Shown here piece after piece: positions 60,750 through 64,000 of a stretch of 64,000 bases of DNA. The DNA is taken from NCBI GenBank assembly GCA_002269645.1, contig NIVC01002724.1, positions 1 through 64,000 of the forward strand, written 5' to 3'. The notes under the pieces are model-generated. The model was not told where the DNA came from. It did no database searches and saw only the letters and a program-made list of their open reading frames with translations. How positions within the stretch are numbered: the first letter of the stretch is position 1; every line of letters starts with the position of its first letter. Both the position numbers and the translations under genes were made by a program. The stretch comes from Macrostomum lignano (taxonomy: Eukaryota).

Positions 60750-60980
60750 TACAGTAGGTGAAGGTTAAGCTGTAGATTAGGTGAAGGCAGATTTGTAGAT
60801 TAGGTGAAGGCATAAGTTTGTAGGTTAGGTAAAGGGAGGGTTGTAGGTTAGGTAAAGGGAGTGTTGTAGGTTAGGTGAAGGGAGGGTTGTAGGTTAGGTG
60901 AAGGAGGGTTGTGAGTTAGGAGGATTGTAGGTGAAGGAGGGTTGTAAGTTAGGTGAAGGAGGGTTGTAGGTTAGGTGAAG
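60750..60980. repeat. Degenerate GTTGTAGGTTAGGTGAAGGGAGG repeat
   Basis: Direct inspection. Confidence 0.8.
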
Positions 60981-61269
60981 GAGGTCTTATCCAGCATAAA
61001 AAGCGAAGACCATTCAAAAGCTATTTTAAAAGTATAAGACAACGAAGGAGTTTGAAAGCTAACTTCCGCCTTTTACTTCGAAGTTATATATGCAACTTTC
61101 ACCATAAATACTTCAGCATTGTTTACGATTTCGATTTAAATTGTTATACCAAAGGTCATAGAAAGCAATAGGCGTTACCACTCAATGAACAAAAAATTCA
61201 ATTGATTTGAAATTACGTGTAAAAAGTAAGATATTGCATTGCTAATATAACCTAAATAATTGGTGAATG

Positions 61270-62035
61270 TAATAGAATGGATTGCTAATCTAGCCAGCAT
61301 CATGGATGAAGGAATAGAATGTATTGCTAATCTAGCCAGCATTATTAATGGAGGAATATAATGGATTTCTAATCTAGCCAACATAATGGATGAAGGAGTA
61401 GAATGGGTTGCTAATCTAGCCAATATCATGGATGAATGAATAGAATGGATTGCTAATCTAGCCAACATCATGGATAAAGGAATAGAATGGATTGCTAATC
61501 TAGCCAACATAATGGATGAAGGAATAGAATGGGTTGCTAATCTAGCCAATATCATGGATGAATGAATAGAATGGATTGCTAATCTAGCCAAACATCATGG
61601 ATAAAGGCATAGAGTGGATTGCTAATCTAGCCAACATCATGGATAAAGGAATAGAATGGATTGCTAATCTAGCCAACATAATGGATGAAGGAATAGAATG
61701 GGTTGCTAATCTAGCCAATATCATGGATGAATGAATAGAATGGATTGCTAATCTAGCCAAACATCATGGATAAAGGCATAGAGTGGATTGCTAATCTAGC
61801 CAACATCATGGATACAGGAATAGAATGGATTGCTAATCTAGCCAATATCATGGATTAAGGAATAGAGTGGATTGCTAATCTAGCCAACATAATGGATAAA
61901 GGAATAGAATGGATTGCTAATCTAGCCAATATCATGGATTAAGGAATAGAATGGATTGCTAATCTAGCCAACATCATGGATAAAGGAATAGAATGGATTG
62001 CTAATCTAGCCAATATCATGGATTAAGGAATAGAA
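61270..62035. repeat. 42-bp minisatellite GAATAGAATGGATTGCTAATCTAGCCAACATCATGGATAAAG
   Basis: Direct inspection. Confidence 0.93.
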
Positions 62036-62524
62036 CGCATTTACTTTGGCCCCTCCTTGAACTAGCATAAAATAATGGTGACCCTTTTCAAGAGCTTCAA
62101 AAATCCCAAATCTAGATCGAGTCGCGGATCTGAAGACACAAAAGGGCCAGCCGCAATCCCAGCTCGATGGAAATTTTGCATGATAAATCAGATCCGCCTA
62201 GCCTGCCAAGCTGCTTGCCACAGATACAGGACAAGCAAGCCGAATAATATCGTATCTTATTTTTAATAACTCTTTAAAAATAGAATATACTTCCGGTCTC
62301 TTTTTCCTGTTGGATTTAAAGCGCTTTTTGCAGCCTTATAAAAAGAATCTGCACAAATTTGACGCGACCCTCTTGTTACACTTATAAGATTTCAACGGCA
62401 CTGCAGAAAAAATGGTTAAAAATAATTGAAGCCCATGCAATGATTTAATTAAAAAAGGTTCCTTCTCGTGAAACGAGTACCAACTGCATATTGATTTAAT
62501 TAACTTTTTTCCAGAATACATCCG

Positions 62525-64000
62525 CCTTGACGCTACTGACACCCAATTTGACGCAAGTGACACCCAACTTGATGCTACTGACACCCAACTTGACGCTACT
62601 GACACCCAATTTGACGCTACTGACACCCAATTTGATGCTACTGACACCCAAACTGGAGCTACTGACACCCAACTTGACGCTACTGACACCCAATTTGATG
62701 CTACTGACACCCAATTTGATGCTACTGACACCCAATTTGATGCTACTGACACCCAACTTGAAGCTACTGACACCCAAACTGGAGCTACTGACACCCAACT
62801 TGACGCTACTGACACCCAATTTGATGCTACTGACACCCAATTTGATGCTACTGACACCCAACTTGAAGCTACTGACACCCAATTTGACGCTACTAACACC
62901 CAATTTGACGCTACTGACACCCAACTTGAAGCTACTGACACCCAAACTGGAGCTACTGACACCCAATTTGACGCTACTGACACCCAATTTGACGCTACTG
63001 ACACCCAACTTGAAGCTACTGACACCCAAACTGGAGCTACTGACACCCAATTTGACGCTACTGACACCCAACTTGAAGCTACTGACACCCAAACTGGAGC
63101 TACTGACACCCAATTTGACGCTACTGACACCCAATTTGACGCTACTGACACCCAACTTGAAGCTACTGACACCCAAACTGGAGCTACTGACACCCAACTT
63201 GACGCTACTGACACCCAATTTGATGCTACTGACACCCAATTTGATGCTACTGACACCCAACTTGATGCTACTGACACCCAACTTGATGCTACTGACACCC
63301 AACTTGATGCTACTGACACCCAACTTGATGCTACTGACACCCAACTTGATGCTACTGACACCCAACTTGATGCTACTGACACCCAACTTGACGCTACTGA
63401 CACCCAATTTGACGCTACTGACACCCAACTTGATGCTACTGACACCCAACTTGAAGCTACTGACACCCAAAATTGATGCTACTGACACCCAAAATTGATG
63501 CTACTGACACCCAACTTGATGCTACTGACACCCAACTTGATGCTACTGACACCCAACTTGATGCTACTGACACCCAACTTGATGCTACTGACACCCAACT
63601 TGACGCTACTGACACCCAATTTGACGCTACTGACACCCAACTTGATGCTACTGACACCCAACTTGATGCTACTGACACCCAAAATTGATGCTACTGACAC
63701 CCAAAATTGATGCTACTGACACCCAACTTGATGCTACTGACACCCAAACTGAAGTTGCTGACACTTGAACTGGAGCTACTGACACCCAAACTGAAGTTGC
63801 TGACACCCAAACTGAAGTTGCTGACACATGAACTGGAGCTACTGACACCCAACTTGATGCTACTGACACCCAAACTGAAGTTGCTGACACTTGAACTGGA
63901 GCTACTGACACCCAAACTGGAGCTACTGACACCCAAACTGAAGCTACTGACACCCAAACTGGAGCTACTGACACCCAAACTGGAGCTACTGACACCCAAA
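62525..64000. repeat. 21-bp minisatellite GCTACTGACACCCAACTTGAT, runs off the window
   Basis: Direct inspection. Confidence 0.96.

Noticed and set aside
62336-63999. Several 70-376 aa ORFs on both strands
   Set aside because: All are frames of the 21-bp array, with no unique coding sequence or splice context.

Overview
Eukaryotic (metazoan) genomic DNA with GT-AG introns, most of them packed with minisatellites. The style of GC-rich exons and intron-filling 14-70 bp arrays resembles the flatworm Macrostomum; this is inference only. I rebuilt five genes by hand from splice sites and reading phase. (1) p70 S6 kinase, minus strand, 7 coding exons, ~511 aa. (2) Cytosolic valyl-tRNA synthetase, plus strand, 8 exons, ~1240 aa. 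(3) LHPP-type HAD phosphatase, minus strand, 4 exons over 21 kb, 275 aa. (4) An ETS1/2(pointed)-class factor, plus strand, 6 exons, ~605 aa, nested antisense inside LHPP intron 2. (5) An intronless class A GPCR lying head-to-head with LHPP. Mobile DNA includes a hAT-type MITE with an 8-bp TSD, a 2.2-kb solo LTR with a 4-bp TSD, and decayed LINE and Gypsy fragments. The strongest novelty candidate is an EF1Bgamma/GST-like domain fused to the C-terminus of ValRS; in vertebrates this domain is N-terminal. Next are two exons each bracketed by inverted satellite arrays, ETS-site clusters around the nested ETS gene, and a palindromic exon-like unit in S6K intron 1. All long ORFs in the ORF track that fall over repeats are spurious. 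No CRISPR, rRNA or intact tRNA was seen.
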